Shown piece by piece: positions 12,835 through 26,798 of a DNA stretch of 64,000 bases. Each line of letters opens with the position of its first letter. Position 1 is the first letter of the stretch. The notes under the pieces are model-generated. The model ran no database searches and had not been told where the DNA came from. It worked only from the letters and a program-made list of their open reading frames with translations. Source of the DNA: Takakia lepidozioides (lineage: Eukaryota > Plantae > Bryophyta); NCBI GenBank assembly GCA_030704615.1, contig CM060732.1:79918001-79982000 (forward strand), written 5' to 3'. Both the position numbers and the translations under genes were made by a program.

Positions 12835-14234
12835 GGCTCAGTGCTACAACAGTTCTGCTCCCTTCCAGTTGTCGAACTCTTGGCATCACCTGACACCTGT
12901 CTTCTACTTCCACTGTCTCTCCCTCCTCCACCTTTTGTTCATTTGTATCGTATAGTAACCTCCACCTGTTCCTTCCCTTGTGTCAAGAAGCATCAGTTTG
13001 CAGCCAAAGAGCCACGTGGTAACCCTTATTCTGCCCACTCAATACTGTTCACCCTTTGAAATCAATGAGTCACCCTCCTTCAATACAAGTGAGCCATCTC
13101 TCACTCTAATTGTATATCTTCACTGGTTGTACTTTCGCAAGACTTCAGCACCACTGATCCAACTCTCCACTGCCTACCAGTCCGACCCTGTGGCAATCAC
13201 CATCACATCTGAGTTCAATTCGAGGGGTACAGTGCTGACACCATGCTTTCTTGTAGCTCTTGAGGCAAGTCCTTAAAGTCAGCAACCAATTCCAGGCAAC
13301 CAGATTGTCACCTCCTGCGAAGGACTCTTACAGCAATTTAGAGCAGTGGTTCATTTTCCCAACTGGCTCTGATGAGAGGGTTTTGGTCCCCTCAGCACTT
13401 TAACTGACAGGGGGAGGGCCAAGCTAAACATCCCTTTGAAATTAAGAGTAACTATCAATCACTTCTCTCTTCTCTCCCCCACAACCTCGTTCCTGCATTC
13501 TCTCTCATCCAGCACTCGTGCATGAGGCTACCACTTTAGGTCAATTCCCCAATCCACCCACCTTGCGTGAATGTGGATATGGTCAGAAAAGATTTGACTT
13601 AAGCTGGCGTATCTGGTGAGAACCATAGGATTCCACTGTCGATAACAAGCAAACGTACTACATGCTCTGATGAATGACTCCAGTGCACGAAGTCAGCAGA
13701 TATTTCTCGGTAAGGTTTCAAGGCATGAAAGATGAAATGTGATCCAGTTTATCACAATCCCCCTCGTAGTCTCCTATGCACCTGTATCTAATCCATGTGA
13801 TCCGTTCAGTCAAGTATCCATTGCGAAGGTGCTAATTTGTTCAATTCACCCTCAGGTGGTGGTCATCGAACGTCTCAAGTGAAACTATTTTGAACGTGCA
13901 TCCCAACCGCGCATTACGCGCAGCCCAAGAAGGACACAAATGTACTCACCACCAGACTTCACTAGCACACACAGAGAGGCAGAAAGGGAAGCGCCTACAT
14001 AAGCGTTCGTGGACCGCTCAACGCTCTGATTTCAAAATTTTGTACAATGCAGACTATATAACCATCTGAAACCACCTCATCAAATGCAAGTGCAAGTGTC
14101 TCGAACTCGGATTGAGTAAAATTTCCGAAGCGAACAGGACACGGATGCTACACCATATAATCCACACCACCTCACAGAATTCATAGCACAAAAGACGAAA
14201 AATGAAAATTCAAAGAGGATTCACAACCACATAC

Positions 14235-14585
14235 CTCAGAGTACCTTGTAATCGTATGAACGACAGAAGGAAGATGGACTCCCACTCCCGCCGAGCTGCA
14301 ATTAGATTGCATCGCAGACGAATATGCTGTGCGCGCTCTCGCGCATCAAACCCTAAAATCCTTTGAACACTGCGACTTTCATCCGGTGGGTGGGTCTGCT
14401 TCAGACCGATGGAATTCGTCCCTCAAACCCTAAAGCCTCCCTGGGAAGCACGCTTCACGATTCTTTATGCTGTTACAGAGATCAACGTCCCAAGAAACAG
14501 GAGAACGAGGTAGAGCTATACCAAACAGAGGAAGAGAGGAGGGGCGTGAAAGGGAAAGCGGGAATCAAGTGCAGCAGCGGCCATC
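14235..14585. promoter_or_regulatory. Putative shared bidirectional promoter of MIC60 and CCT3 with two telo-boxes
   Basis: AAACCCTAA at 14348-14356 and 14425-14433; CCT3 ATG at 14586; minus-strand donor GAG|GTATGT at 14235 suggests a MIC60 5'-UTR exon. Confidence 0.55.
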
Positions 14586-17500
14586 ATGCATGCTCCTGTA
14601 TTGGTTCTGAGTAAGAAACCGTGCCCTGCATATTTTTTGCTGCCAATGTGTATTGGTTTGAATTGATGAGAATATGGAATTGGTAATGTAGTCTGCCATT
14701 AATGTGCTTGACTGTGAGGCAAGTGCGATCGTCCAAAAGAGTACATGCTGTAGGAAGTTTTGTAATGGCCGTTGTGCGTGGTTATAAATTAACAGATGAT
14801 GCAATAAAGCGGGAGACTGGAAGCAGAGTACATCATGCCAATATTCAGGCCGCAAAGGTTGGCTATCTTCTCCCTTTCATCACGTAGTGAGCTTCTGAAG
14901 TGGTCCATTTTTTTCCTGATGCCTAATGTGAGGTTGAGCTCCCATAATTGAGGTCTAAACCATTTGTGTTCTAAAGATTGGTCTCCTCTATCTGTCTTCC
15001 TCTCTCGTCTCTTTCTACATTCCACAATACTGCTCTGTGGTATTCCTTGAGCCCGTTCTAGCAGAATAAACCCTATGGGACATAACCCTCCTCTTTATTT
15101 TACTGTAATCGTCCATAACTAGTAGCTTCCATAGCTTTCCGCTGGCTTTTTGACACATTTCGTCATCTGGCGTCTGGCAGGATCCCCATGTTTGTTTTAA
15201 TCTTGTGTTCCGTTGAGTTAGTTTAAAGTGCCAAAGGGCTGAGTTCCACCCATGCAGGCTGTGGCAGACATCATTCGGACCACTCTGGGACCCAGATCAA
15301 TGCTCAAGATGCTTCTTGATGCTAGCGGAGGTATTCCCATCATTGCTGTGTCTTGTGCGTTTTACAAATGTCCTTTCTTCAAGTTCATGCATAAGCTTTA
15401 GGTCGTGAGATTGTAGTGTATTGTGCTACTATTGAAATTTTGGACTTCTATGAAGTCAAGTAGAGTGCCCACTGAGGAGCCATTCTGATTCATTTGTAGA
15501 TGTACATTCCTCGGTCTACATTGTGAGACTGTGGCCTCTGACTGCTATTGTTGTTCTCTGTGGCAGGGATAGTATTAACAAATGATGGGAATGCAATACT
15601 CAGAGAGCTGGATGTGGCTCATCCCGCTGCTAAGGTTTGCTTTTAGACACCACAACAGTAGACTTCCAGCAGTCCATCAGCTTAGAGATGAAATGGCTTA
15701 GACTCTGAAGTTTCTTATTATAGCCACTTTTGCTTTTCACAATCTCTGCTACACCATACAGTTTTTAGTGGCTGATGCTTGGGGGCATATGGCATCCTAA
15801 ATGCAGACCATGATAGAGCTCAGCCGCACACAGGATGAAGAGGTTGGAGATGGAACTACCTCAGTCATCATCCTGGGTAGGTTCTCTTAAGCTTATCTGG
15901 ATCATCTAGGAGTAAATTGTATTTGACAGGCATATGGACTTCAAATCTCTAATTTCTTGATTGTGGCCAGGATTTCTGGCTTGGACTGTCGGCCTTCATA
16001 CCAGTGTGCCTTTTCCAAGACAAAAACTCCTTGGTGCAAGATTTTCTCTATCATGGACTTGCCTGTGTGCCATATCATTGGTCTGGTTTGCGCTTGCAGC
16101 TGGTGAGATGCTCTACGTTGCAGAGGACTTTCTTGACAAGGGCTTTCACCCAACTGTTATATGTCGGGGTATGTTCTCCTTTCTGTCTGGATTTATGTCT
16201 GCTGGCATTAACTTGTTCATCCATCTCCCCATCAACCCATGGTGCTTGGGTTTTGGAGTTCACTAAATCAGTGGTTACTGTGTTTATCTCTGGCCTACCA
16301 GTAATCTGTGACGAGGACTTGCTGAACATCAAACTTTTGTTACAGGTTGCTGGAGCCCCTAAACATTCTAAGCAATCTGTGTGGGCCTGTTCAGCTTTCC
16401 GATTTGTAATACATTAAGGTATAAGTCTCATTTAGGCTGATTGCGAAGTATTATTGGTTGGAGATGATTTGACGTTAGATTGGTGCAGCCTGATGTGTTT
16501 TGAGTTAGGATCCATGCAACTGTAGCATCCAACTACGAGGTTCACTGCAGCAAACTAGGGTCATGCTCATTGCTTGGGTAAGGTTGTGGTAGTATAATGA
16601 AGTATAGAAGTGTCAGATGGTGAAGATTGTATGACTGCCATTCCCTGTTTTCTGCAGCATACAACAAGGCTTTGGAAGATGCTATTGTGGCGCTCGACGA
16701 AATTTCATTTGCCATTGATGTGAATGATCGTAAGTGTCCTCGTATATCAACCTTGGTCCAATGATTGAGTGTTGCTGTGCCCCAAGGTGCAGCCATTGTG
16801 AGGCTTTGGGAGGACAATAGATGGGTGCTTATATGGGGTTATGGCATCTCTGTTGGAGTTCTAGTGCTAGGAGGCTACGGCTGATTTGTTTTTTAAGCTC
16901 TCTGTATCTTGAAAAAGCAAGACCTCAAACACTGCAAATTGAACTGAGGAATAAGAGGGAGCAAGAAGAATCATACTGGCATTATTCGAGGGTGTCTAAA
17001 GTTTTGGCTGTTCTTCAGGTGCTACTTTTCTTACTGAGATTGTGGCTCTCTGGGCAATGTTTGTTTGGCATGGGTACAGGTCAAATGATGCTAAATATAG
17101 TGCGAACGTGCATTGGCACAAAGTTCACAAGCCGTTTTGGTACTCTAATTGCTGTAAGTTTGTCTCTTTTTTGTCGAGAAAAGGAGAAATACTTCACGAC
17201 TCTTTGTATCGTTGTGGGGAGAGACACCACGTTTGTTTGGACAGAGTCCAAAAGGGGGAAGGGAGGAGAGCAGGTGGGCCAGTACAGTCCTAGAGTAGTT
17301 GCTCTAGTAGTGGGACCATCACCGCACAAAGTTGCTTCTGGCCTTCCAGATTCGGTCATGAAGGCTCTTGACTCTAGCATTGAATTGATGCAAGTATGCA
17401 CTTAACTGGTTGCTTTAAATGGTAGCTAGCTTGGTCTCTGCAGAATATGCTGGTCATGGGATTTTGACCAGGGTATGAAACTTGACATGATATTGGCTAT

Positions 17501-20500
17501 AATGCTTCCGCACCACCGAGCTCAGTTATTACAGGATTTGATTGTTGCAATGAGGATTAGCATTCACATCATACCATGCATATAGTTATCTTGACACAGA
17601 TGTGACACGTGTCTTGTGGGAAGGGCAGAATGTTACCCTTAGTTGATCAGACGTTACACACTTGGTTGTGATCCCCTTGCCAGCTGAGTTGGTAGGATAT
17701 CAAAGTGGACAGAGTGTTTCCATATGGTAGTTCAAACATATCGGTACTGTACTTTCTGACTAGTGTCAGGGCGGTCAAACCACATACTGGTCAAAGCTAT
17801 AGTCAACGTTGTAGTTGGTCTGCCCCATGCCCTCCCAAAAGCTTGTCCAAGAAATGGTTCCACACACTTAAGATCTGTTTTGGCTACATCCTTCTCTGTA
17901 AAGAACAAATTAATAGGAAATAGGTGGTGAGATAGGCTCTAGAAGTTAAATACCGTACGAAAGGGGGAAATTAGTCTATTTGCTGAACAGCTGATCTATG
18001 TGTACAATTTTGAACCAATGGATGCAGGACCTTGCAATTGACGCTGTCTCCACCATTTCAGTTGATTTGGGGAATGGTCTGCGAGAAGTAGACACCAAGA
18101 AGTACATCAAGGTGGAGAAAATTCCAGGAGGCCAGTTAGAAGATTCTAAAGTGTTGAAGGGGGTCATGTTCAACAAGGATGTGGTGTCCCCTGGAAAGAT
18201 GAGAAGGCGCATAGTGAACCCCCGCATTATTTTACTGGATTCACCACTGGAGTACAAAAAGGGCGAGAATATGACAAATGCTGAGCTTATGAAAGAAGAT
18301 GATTGGTAAAAGATCGTTGCAGAAAAGTCAATACCTGTTCATTATATATTTGTTTGTTTATTGTACTTGATCTTGTTGTACTTCGGTGTCATTGTGTTTC
18401 TTCCTTTTTTGTGCTTGCCTTGGCAAGTTGCTTAGATGTTTTCAGCAAAACTGAAACGTTTCTCTAAGTATCGGCAAAAGAGATGTGCAAGAGGTAATGC
18501 AAATCATGCTGGAAGATACACATGAATGGAAAATATAACAAATGATAAAACAGAAAAGGTTTGAGTCCTGCCGAAGCAAGTGTAATTTATAGTGTCACTT
18601 CAGCCCGAAAGGCTTCTGCCTTCTGTTTGGAATGTGACCACCTTCCACAAATGAAGTCTTTAAGCTAGCCTGCAGGATTTTTAGATAAAAGGGATAGATT
18701 CTGCTAACCTAGTTAAATTCTGAGTGCTATGTGACATGTGAGATTTATTTGTGACTTCTTGGCGTATGGACACAGGGCCACACTGTTACGGATGGAGGAA
18801 GAGTATATTGAGCAGCTTTGCAGACAAATTATCAGCTTCAAGCCTGACCTTGTGATTACTGAGAAGGGGTTAAGCGATTTGGCCTCTCACTACCTGAGCA
18901 AGGCTGGCATCAGTGCAATCCGTAGATTGAGGAAGACAGACAACAATCGTATTGCACGGGCATGCAAGGCTACCATTGTGAACCGGCCCGAGGAGCTTCA
19001 GGAGAGTGATGTGGGCACAGAGGCTGGCTTGTTTGAAGTAGTAAAGATAGGGGATGAATATTTTAGCTTCATTGTTGGATGCCAGGATCCCAAGGCTTGC
19101 ACAGTCCTCTTGCGTGGTGCCAGCAAAGACATCTTGAATGAGGTGGAACGGAACTTGCAGGTTGGTTGTGCAACCTGCTTGGTTTGTTTGTGAGATCTGT
19201 CCAAAATCTGCTGTTGCATTTTCAGACTGATGGGTTTCCTATATTGTGTATCTGTTACAACTGGACACTGTGAGGACGACTTCTTCTGTGTGTCTCTTCT
19301 TGCCTCTTGCCCTAATTTTTGGCTATAGCAAGGTGTATGGACACAGTTGCTGTAACCAAATGATTTCATACCATGAATGGGGTTGAGTCCAGGATGCAAT
19401 AGGGGTGGCACACAATATTATGAAGGATGCGAAGCTGGTACCAGGTGGTGGTGCATCAGAAATGGCAGTAGCTGCCGCTTTGAAGAAAAAGAGTCCCTCA
19501 GTTGAAGGCATTGAGCAGGTACAATGCTAGGGATTGGTGAAGTTTCTGGAGTAAGTTGCTGGAAGGAGTGGAGATAGCAGTGACTACCATGATTGCACTG
19601 CATCGTCCATGTTTCTGAGTGGGGGAGCCTTCATGGGGCCCAATGTGCTCTCTTGTGGGCAGTGGCTACCTCAATTGGAGCTGGCCCTTAGGTTGTAACT
19701 TAGCAGCCCAAAACAGGGAGAGCATTAGCTTTAATTTTTACCACAGCCTGGTTACAAGGGTTTTTAACTTTGATTCATGGACCTTACGCTAGAGAGTAGT
19801 AAGCACTGGTTTGGTTTCTCTGCTGTCCTCCCATTCATTTCTATGCAGGTGCTGATAGTACGGGTGGTTGTTCGATTGCCCATTTGATTGGGATGCAGTG
19901 GCCGTATCGGGCAGTGTCGCAAGCATTGGAAGTGATTCCACGTACACTGGCTCAGAACTGCGGTGTCAACGTCATACGCACAATGACTGCCCTTCAAGCC
20001 AAGGTCTTGCTCCTACAATTTGCTTTATGTCTATTCTCTTTGGGCAAGAGACAGGGAGAAACAGACAATCATGGAGACAAGGAAACATCAGGCAAAGCTA
20101 GGATGATGTGATGAGTACTACAATGCTTGCCTTTTTGTGGATGCCACAACGTTGTAGCTACGTACCCTGTGGGATGCCCTTAGCTGAGTGGGAATCACAG
20201 GATGAGACTGCTATAGCTCTCTCACAGCTAAGGTTGCTCCATTTTTCATAGCTCATTTCAAACGTGTACTTCACTTTGATATCGGTGGTGTTGTAGTATT
20301 AATAGCTGCACTCTCATGTACCCGTAAAGTGAGCCGGCCAACTGATAGCACAACTGAATATTGTATTAGCCTATGACAAGTGACTACGAGAGCAGACACT
20401 GGGAGAGCATGTCTGCTCCCACATGACTAAAATTAAAGTTTCCAAGTTTTGAGCAAAGGTTTATGTGTACCTAACCTTCTCACCTGAGTTGCAGCATGCA

Positions 20501-20967
20501 AATGGTGAGAACCCGATGGTTGGCATCGATGGCAATACGGGTGCCATCACCGACATGAAAGAGCTCGGAGTAAGTTGTTTCCTCTAGCAATAGGTGTATG
20601 GAGTGTCGAATTATTTTCCCTTTTGTTTCTTTCCTTAGTCAAATTAATGCAAAGGCTTGGCAGGAAGTCATGGAAAGTGATTCTTGACTTCCCTTCAAAT
20701 TGTTGACAGTTTTGGAAATATTTGACATCTGTGATCCTTAAAAAACACTCCCAGTATCTAACCACTTTGCGTGATTGATAGGTCTGGGATTCGTATGGAG
20801 TTAAGGTACAAACATTCAAGACATCAATCGAGGCAGCGTCCATGTTGCTTAGAATCGACGACATCGTCAGTGGTATCAAGAAAAAGCAACCTCCGGGGTC
20901 AGGTCCCGCCAAACCCCAGGTGGAGCCTGAGGGGGAGGTTGACAGTGAAAATATGATACCTGAGTAA
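14586..20967 (+). CDS. CCT3: T-complex protein 1 subunit gamma (CCT/TRiC chaperonin), 555 aa
   Basis: Exons 14586-14610, 14796-14857, 15258-15330, 15567-15634, 15807-15876, 16100-16168, 16658-16729, 17080-17153, 18028-18305, 18776-19160, 19393-19518, 19899-20003, 20495-20569, 20782-20967; all GT-AG, 1668 nt. Motifs MHAPVLVL, RTTLGPRSMLKMLL, TNDGNAIL, QDEEVGDGTTSV, KVEKIPGG, RRLRKTDNNRIARAC, LLRIDDIVSG. Confidence 0.97.
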
Positions 20968-23900
20968 CCAGGACCACTCTCTGTGTAGTTGCTGTCACTT
21001 TGCCAGCCACATGAAACAAAATATTAGGATACTAGAAAGGGCTGATGTGAGGATTTCAATGGACCAACTGGAAGCAGCGGACAAAATACTAGTGATATGA
21101 CAGGAATGATTACACACTGGAGGTTGATTGGAGGTTGTGATAGAGGTGCACAAAAGATTTTTCCAACAGCTACAATAACTCCCTTGGAAATTGCTGGTTC
21201 TCATTTTGCATTTTAGACCAGCCTCTTTTGTAATTACGTGTTCAGCAGATATTGTAACTTGCATGTGGGACTCCGTATGCTCTGAGAAGGCTTGCACATG
21301 GACGGCACCCCACCTGAGGGAAATGTGTTTCCAGTCTCTGAGATCTGTGCAAATGGCAATAGCAAACTCTTGTATGTCCAACTTTCTAGTAAGAAATCCG
21401 TGGTATTTGGGAGTTGAACCTGAACTTGCTCTCCATTTAAAGCATTTCTAAGTCAAGGACTATTTGCTGCATTTGCTGTGTGTACATCAAGTTGTGGGGC
21501 TTAAGGTGTATGGCTGTGATTTCTCATTGACAACATCAACATCAACTATCACAGGAATTTCTGCATGGTGCTCTGTCAACTGCAGCCTCCGAGTCCCTCA
21601 ATACTAAAAGACTTTTTCATTGTCGACTTTTTCCAATGCTCTCCCGACAGCGGGGAAATATGTGAGCAGTTTGCATTGTTGATTGAACTAGTCCGGTTAG
21701 ACCCCTGACCATTTCAACCAGTTTTACTCAAGTTGTGTAGCAATGCTTCCTCTTCCATTCCCAGATGGGTGCTGCCCAAGCCATTGTGATGGACCCAAAA
21801 TCATGTCCCTATGTTTTGACAAGTGCTGTCTTTCCTACTGCTTGATACTTTTTGCCACCTTCTTCCTGCCTTCATATTTTCTTTCACGCAGTCAACTACA
21901 GCATACACCTGCCGCATGGATAGAGGAGTAAGTTCTACGAAATGTTGTGGTTGAAATGTTTCGTGTGAGGCTGTTGACAATCTTGCTGTGACACAAACAA
22001 AAGCTTCAGTGTATCCGACTTGCCAAGTGCAGTCAGAGCATGCCATACGACCTTGTTGTGGCCGTTATTATCATTGGCACCGCAACTATCCGTAACTATC
22101 TAGCAGACGCCAATACTTGAAACTTCCAGGAATGAATCCCCAGCAGAGCGTTGAACTGTTCCACGATATCCCAGCAATCTTCGGTTCGTTACCGTCCATA
22201 TCGTAACATCTACCCCTCCGACCATGACATGCTCCACGTTTTTTTTGTGCGCATCTGTTTTGTGAATACAATATATTTCTTTCCTTCCTGATTCAACTTC
22301 AGGCATTCGTACAGGCTAAGTTGGGTAGCATTAAATATTAGTACCAGAAGACCAGTAGGAGAGATAACGAATTCAACATGGTTGTTTTATCCATGTTCTC
22401 TTTTAATATGATGCCTTTTGAATCTTTGATTTGAAAAAAGGGAAAACAACCATTGTTTTCTCGCTACTTGAGACTGAATGACTGTGAAATGACTTGTCAT
22501 TCAAGTCTGTGGAAGTTGGTAGACAGAAGAGAGACACAGACAAAATAAAATACTCTGTGACTGTGCCAAGTATGTACAAGTATGCACAAGCTCAAACATT
22601 CTCCTTACTTTGCGTGATACAGTATCCAAGAACTTCCAGGATGATCCTGCTTTGGCTCTCTTCCCTCTGTGGCTCCCACTACATCCACTTGAGGATGCCC
22701 GTTCCCAGTACCAAGTTTTGTCCTTCACGTGTGTTCTCTATTCCCACAGAAATCCATTCCCTGATAAAAACGGACTTATGTAGTGGATGGGATTCAAGTT
22801 TCAGTCCCTGGATTCAAGGTCTTGACAGAAACATAAACGGATTTTAAATTTGTATTCCTTTTTGTGGTTGCTTACAACAAGAGAGACAAAGTTAAAGTTC
22901 CCAAATCTCTACTCTAAGACCGATTCAATTTTAAATGTAACTGCAGATTCTGTCGCTGACTAGTTTTGATATGAGGCTTTGGATTTGGGGCCTCACGGTC
23001 CTGGGACCTAAACACACCGTTAGACATTCATCTATTTGGGATTATTAGAGGGAATAATTCTATATTTGGCAAGGAATTAGATCTACCACCCTGGTTATCT
23101 GTGGTTATGTGTTATGGATACAGTACCCAGATGAGGGCTAAGTCATAGCCTCTGCTAATTGTTATTTTTTCTTTGCTCCCCAGGTGTAACAATGACCCTC
23201 AGGGTAGACTGTCACATTATTGAATAAATCATTTTAAAGTTTTAAAAATATAAACGTGCTATATCACCCAGTAGTGCCTGCTAGTAAATTAGAATTTTTT
23301 TTTGGTATTTTTTACTTAATTGATGCAACTTATACATCTTCAAACAACATTATTATTGTAATCTAATTCCACTGATGAAGTTCATGAAGAAATTGTACAT
23401 TAGATCTGTCACTTTTATCCTAATATCTTTTTTCTTGGAGGAAAACTGCCATATCTGATTAGCGCAGACAATGTAAATTATTATGTGTCGAGAAATTTAA
23501 TTCCTTTTAGTTATAGTTAGAATAAATACTCAAAAACTTAAATACTTAAATAAACAGTTAAATTATATAAGGACGTCTGCTCACTGGTGTCTCTACGTAG
23601 CATGTTTTGGGCTACAAAAATAAACGAGAAATCGCTTGCCATCTCCACGTATCTAATTCTCTTTATCAAAGTCATTGGATGAATAAGTTAACCACCAGGC
23701 AATTAACCTTTACAAAAGAGCTTGGGAGCATCCAATTTGAGTGATAACATTCAGTTACATTAAGAGTTGTAAGGAAGCAGGATTTTTACAACAATTAGGA
23801 CAGTTCACGGGGTGGTTTTCCCCGTGCATGCCTCCATGGCTTCTTATGGCCGATAGACTGTAATGTTGTGCGAAATTGGCTCAGAAATGTTCAAACAACA

Positions 23901-26467
23901 TTACAGAAATGCTTAGGTACCATTTCTACCGAACATTTCTAAAATGTTAACTACGTATCGTTTTCTGGTAGGATCATTATAACATATTTATATACTTAAA
24001 CCTCTACAATAATTTATCCATTACATATGTGTACACACACGTCTTATCAAGCCCATAGCCATGCTGAGGAAGGAATTCTGAGCAGCTTTATATAGATTGA
24101 TTGACATTGCCTGATAGGTGTGGTCATGCGAAAGGTACACTTCCCACAAGCTGTGCGTGACTCCCTACCAGGAATTGGAAACTGTGAGTGTTGATGTTCC
24201 CAAGGCTCTTGAGCTTATCTTCCACCTGATACAGCTTATACAAGTGATGTGCAGAGGTTGATAAGTAGACGGATGATTGGCACGCTCCCCAATGTCATTC
24301 TTATCTTCAAGTCAAACATCTTCAGAGATGCTACGTGCACATCTGCACCCACTCCAACCTGGCTCCATTCTGTTACTGATATTCAGACTCGGTGCTAATC
24401 CCAACCGAACCTCGGAAGCTGTTGAGCAGATAAGCTCACATTTGGTTGTGGGAGGCGATCGAGCATGTTACGGCGACCTATTCAGAGACCTTGTGTCAGG
24501 CGGCTGCAGAAAAAAAAACCTCTTGGCGCGCATGTCTGCAGCGCCTTAAATGATCAGTTCCTTGATCCGTTTAATGGCCTCCCTCTCCAATGCGTGCCTT
24601 TAATGCCTGCTATCTGGAATTAACATTGAAGTCGCTTGACTACCACTACCTGCCCCGATTTATGTCATCCACGTTCTTAATGACCGCACACCGTTAATAT
24701 CACAACACTCACTACTTCAATGATCTGCTACATTACTCGAAGCTCAACAGCTCTGGCGTTCTCCTCCACCTAATAAAAACTTGAACCTCCTCTTCTCCAT
24801 CGGATCGCTGCGGGCATGTCTGGCGTTCTCCTCTTAATAACTTGAACCTGCTCTTCTCCAGATCTCTGCCAGGGCCCCACATCCCCACTGAGCTTGAAGC
24901 GAGACGCAAGCAAGAGGCAGGAGGTGGGCCCGTGACTGGACTATGAAAACCTTGTCAGATAACACGGAATTGTACATCGCCAAGTGTCACCAGCTGTTAC
25001 GCTACCGAGTAGCGATGTATTTTTGACCGAGACTCCTAGTCCGGTCAAATTGCCAGCCTGGCATTTTCGAAATTCTCAAAAACAACTGGCCGTACGTTTC
25101 GTAGGGGCGTCGGTTGAGTGGAGCATGGATGAGAGAGAGAGAGGTGGGTGGATGTCATCCATATCGACCGTTAGCGATGCTTTCGTGCACAATATCGGCG
25201 GAACGGGGTGATGCGTGTCCGAGGACAATTCCTGGGAAATTCTGCGAATAAAAGGACGGTTGGTTGGTTGGTTGACGACGATGGATGGATTTTCAGCTGG
25301 AAAAATGCTGTAGGAATCTGGGGGGGTGGGTGGACCATATAAATTGGTGACCCGCAATGGATGAAGCTGGCCCCTTGATTTCGACAGACGCCGACGACGC
25401 GTAGCTTTCTCCTCCTTTCTTGTATGTTAAAAGGGCCTCTCCTGGACTGGTTCGGAATAGTTGATGGAAGGCGTATCGGGCGGGGCTTAGTCATTGTGGG
25501 ACGGTGTATAAAGGGGTGAGTCAGGTGGGGGTGGCCGAGGATATAAAGCTGCTCTTAACTGTCACGAATCTCGGAGCACATGGGAATATGTATGGGAGCA
25601 ACGTTCTGCTGACATCCTCATGTGCGAGCACCATGTAAGTACAATACCAGGTGAAATTTGGATGATCTCTGTCGTCGTCGCCCCTTTTGTGCATGGCGAA
25701 ACCGTTCCGTGACTTTCTTCTCTCTTCTCGGGACGGGGAACATGAATAATCGCATCGCCGCGGGCGGGAGTATGTTTGTTGTCAAGCCCGCCCGAGCCCG
25801 GCACCTCTATCCCCGCTCCGCTTGTTGGTTTTCGAGTTGCGGCGGATGAAGTTCGAACGTAGCGCGGCGCAGCATTGCCTGGCGAAACTGGCGCGCTGCG
25901 TCCATGAAGCCGACCACGGCCAGCGCGGGTCCTCCGCCCCCTCGCCCGCCTTGGACCATTTATTGCCTCCACCCATCGCCACATTTCGCCACATCTGGAT
26001 AGTCAGATGGATGACATCCAGGGTAGCGTGGAGGACGACGTCGGTGGAACTCGTACTACCCATACGGACAGCAACGCGAATGCCATGGGTGGGGTCGGGC
26101 GTCCCATGCAGCAGACCTTGGGACGGATGAACAGCGGCCCACGGAGTTATTTGACTTGATCGGCGATGGGGCCCGGGCGTAATAAATGGTGTGACCTCGG
26201 TGTTGGCCTGGTCATCTCGCCCCCTGCAGCCTGGGTGGGGTCCAACAATCAACAACATAAGCCCACATCAACTACTTGTCGCTTTTTGTGGGATCCCCGC
26301 GAGCATGTGCTACACAGATAGGATTGTATTGTTTAATATCAGGTGTGTCAACGTGCTCCCATCTAATGCCCACCTTTCCCCTTCATACAACCAAAAACAA
26401 AAGTTATTTCCAGCAGGAGGAGGAGGAGATGCACACTTCTGAAAAGCACGGTTCTGTTGGTTTTTAG

Positions 26468-26798
26468 CAGTGTTGAGAGGTTCTTTGATTCAGCTACAAT
26501 CCCCTCCAAGGTTGTCAAGAAGGTTATATGGATATATAACCATGGTTCTCAAAAAAACAAAGAACCGGCAAAGGCTCGTAACCACCGTTTCCGTACTTTC
26601 GAAATAACTAGGCTGAAAACAGTCAAAGATCCGCCGGTTCTTTGATGAAAACCGCCGGTTCTTTGAGGTTCATACAATTAACCAGAAGGGGGGGTTCTTT
26701 CCATAAAAAATGTTTGAAAAAATGGGAACAGGATGTTCTTTGATCCTAAGATTTTGTAAAAATTGGAGTGAAAGAAATCAAATTACCGCCCAACAGTG
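26468..26798. mobile_element. hAT-type MITE
   Basis: Imperfect TIRs cagtgttgagagg / ccgcccaacagtg, many internal gaacc/ggttct subterminal repeats, degenerate TSD-like flanks gtttttag / gtttgttag. Confidence 0.6.

Noticed and set aside
22086-22306. Short minus-strand ORFs 3' of CCT3
   Set aside because: No motif or exon structure that I can support
25562-26258. Overlapping 100-158 aa ORFs
   Set aside because: No recognisable domain; ORFs on both strands are expected in GC-rich DNA
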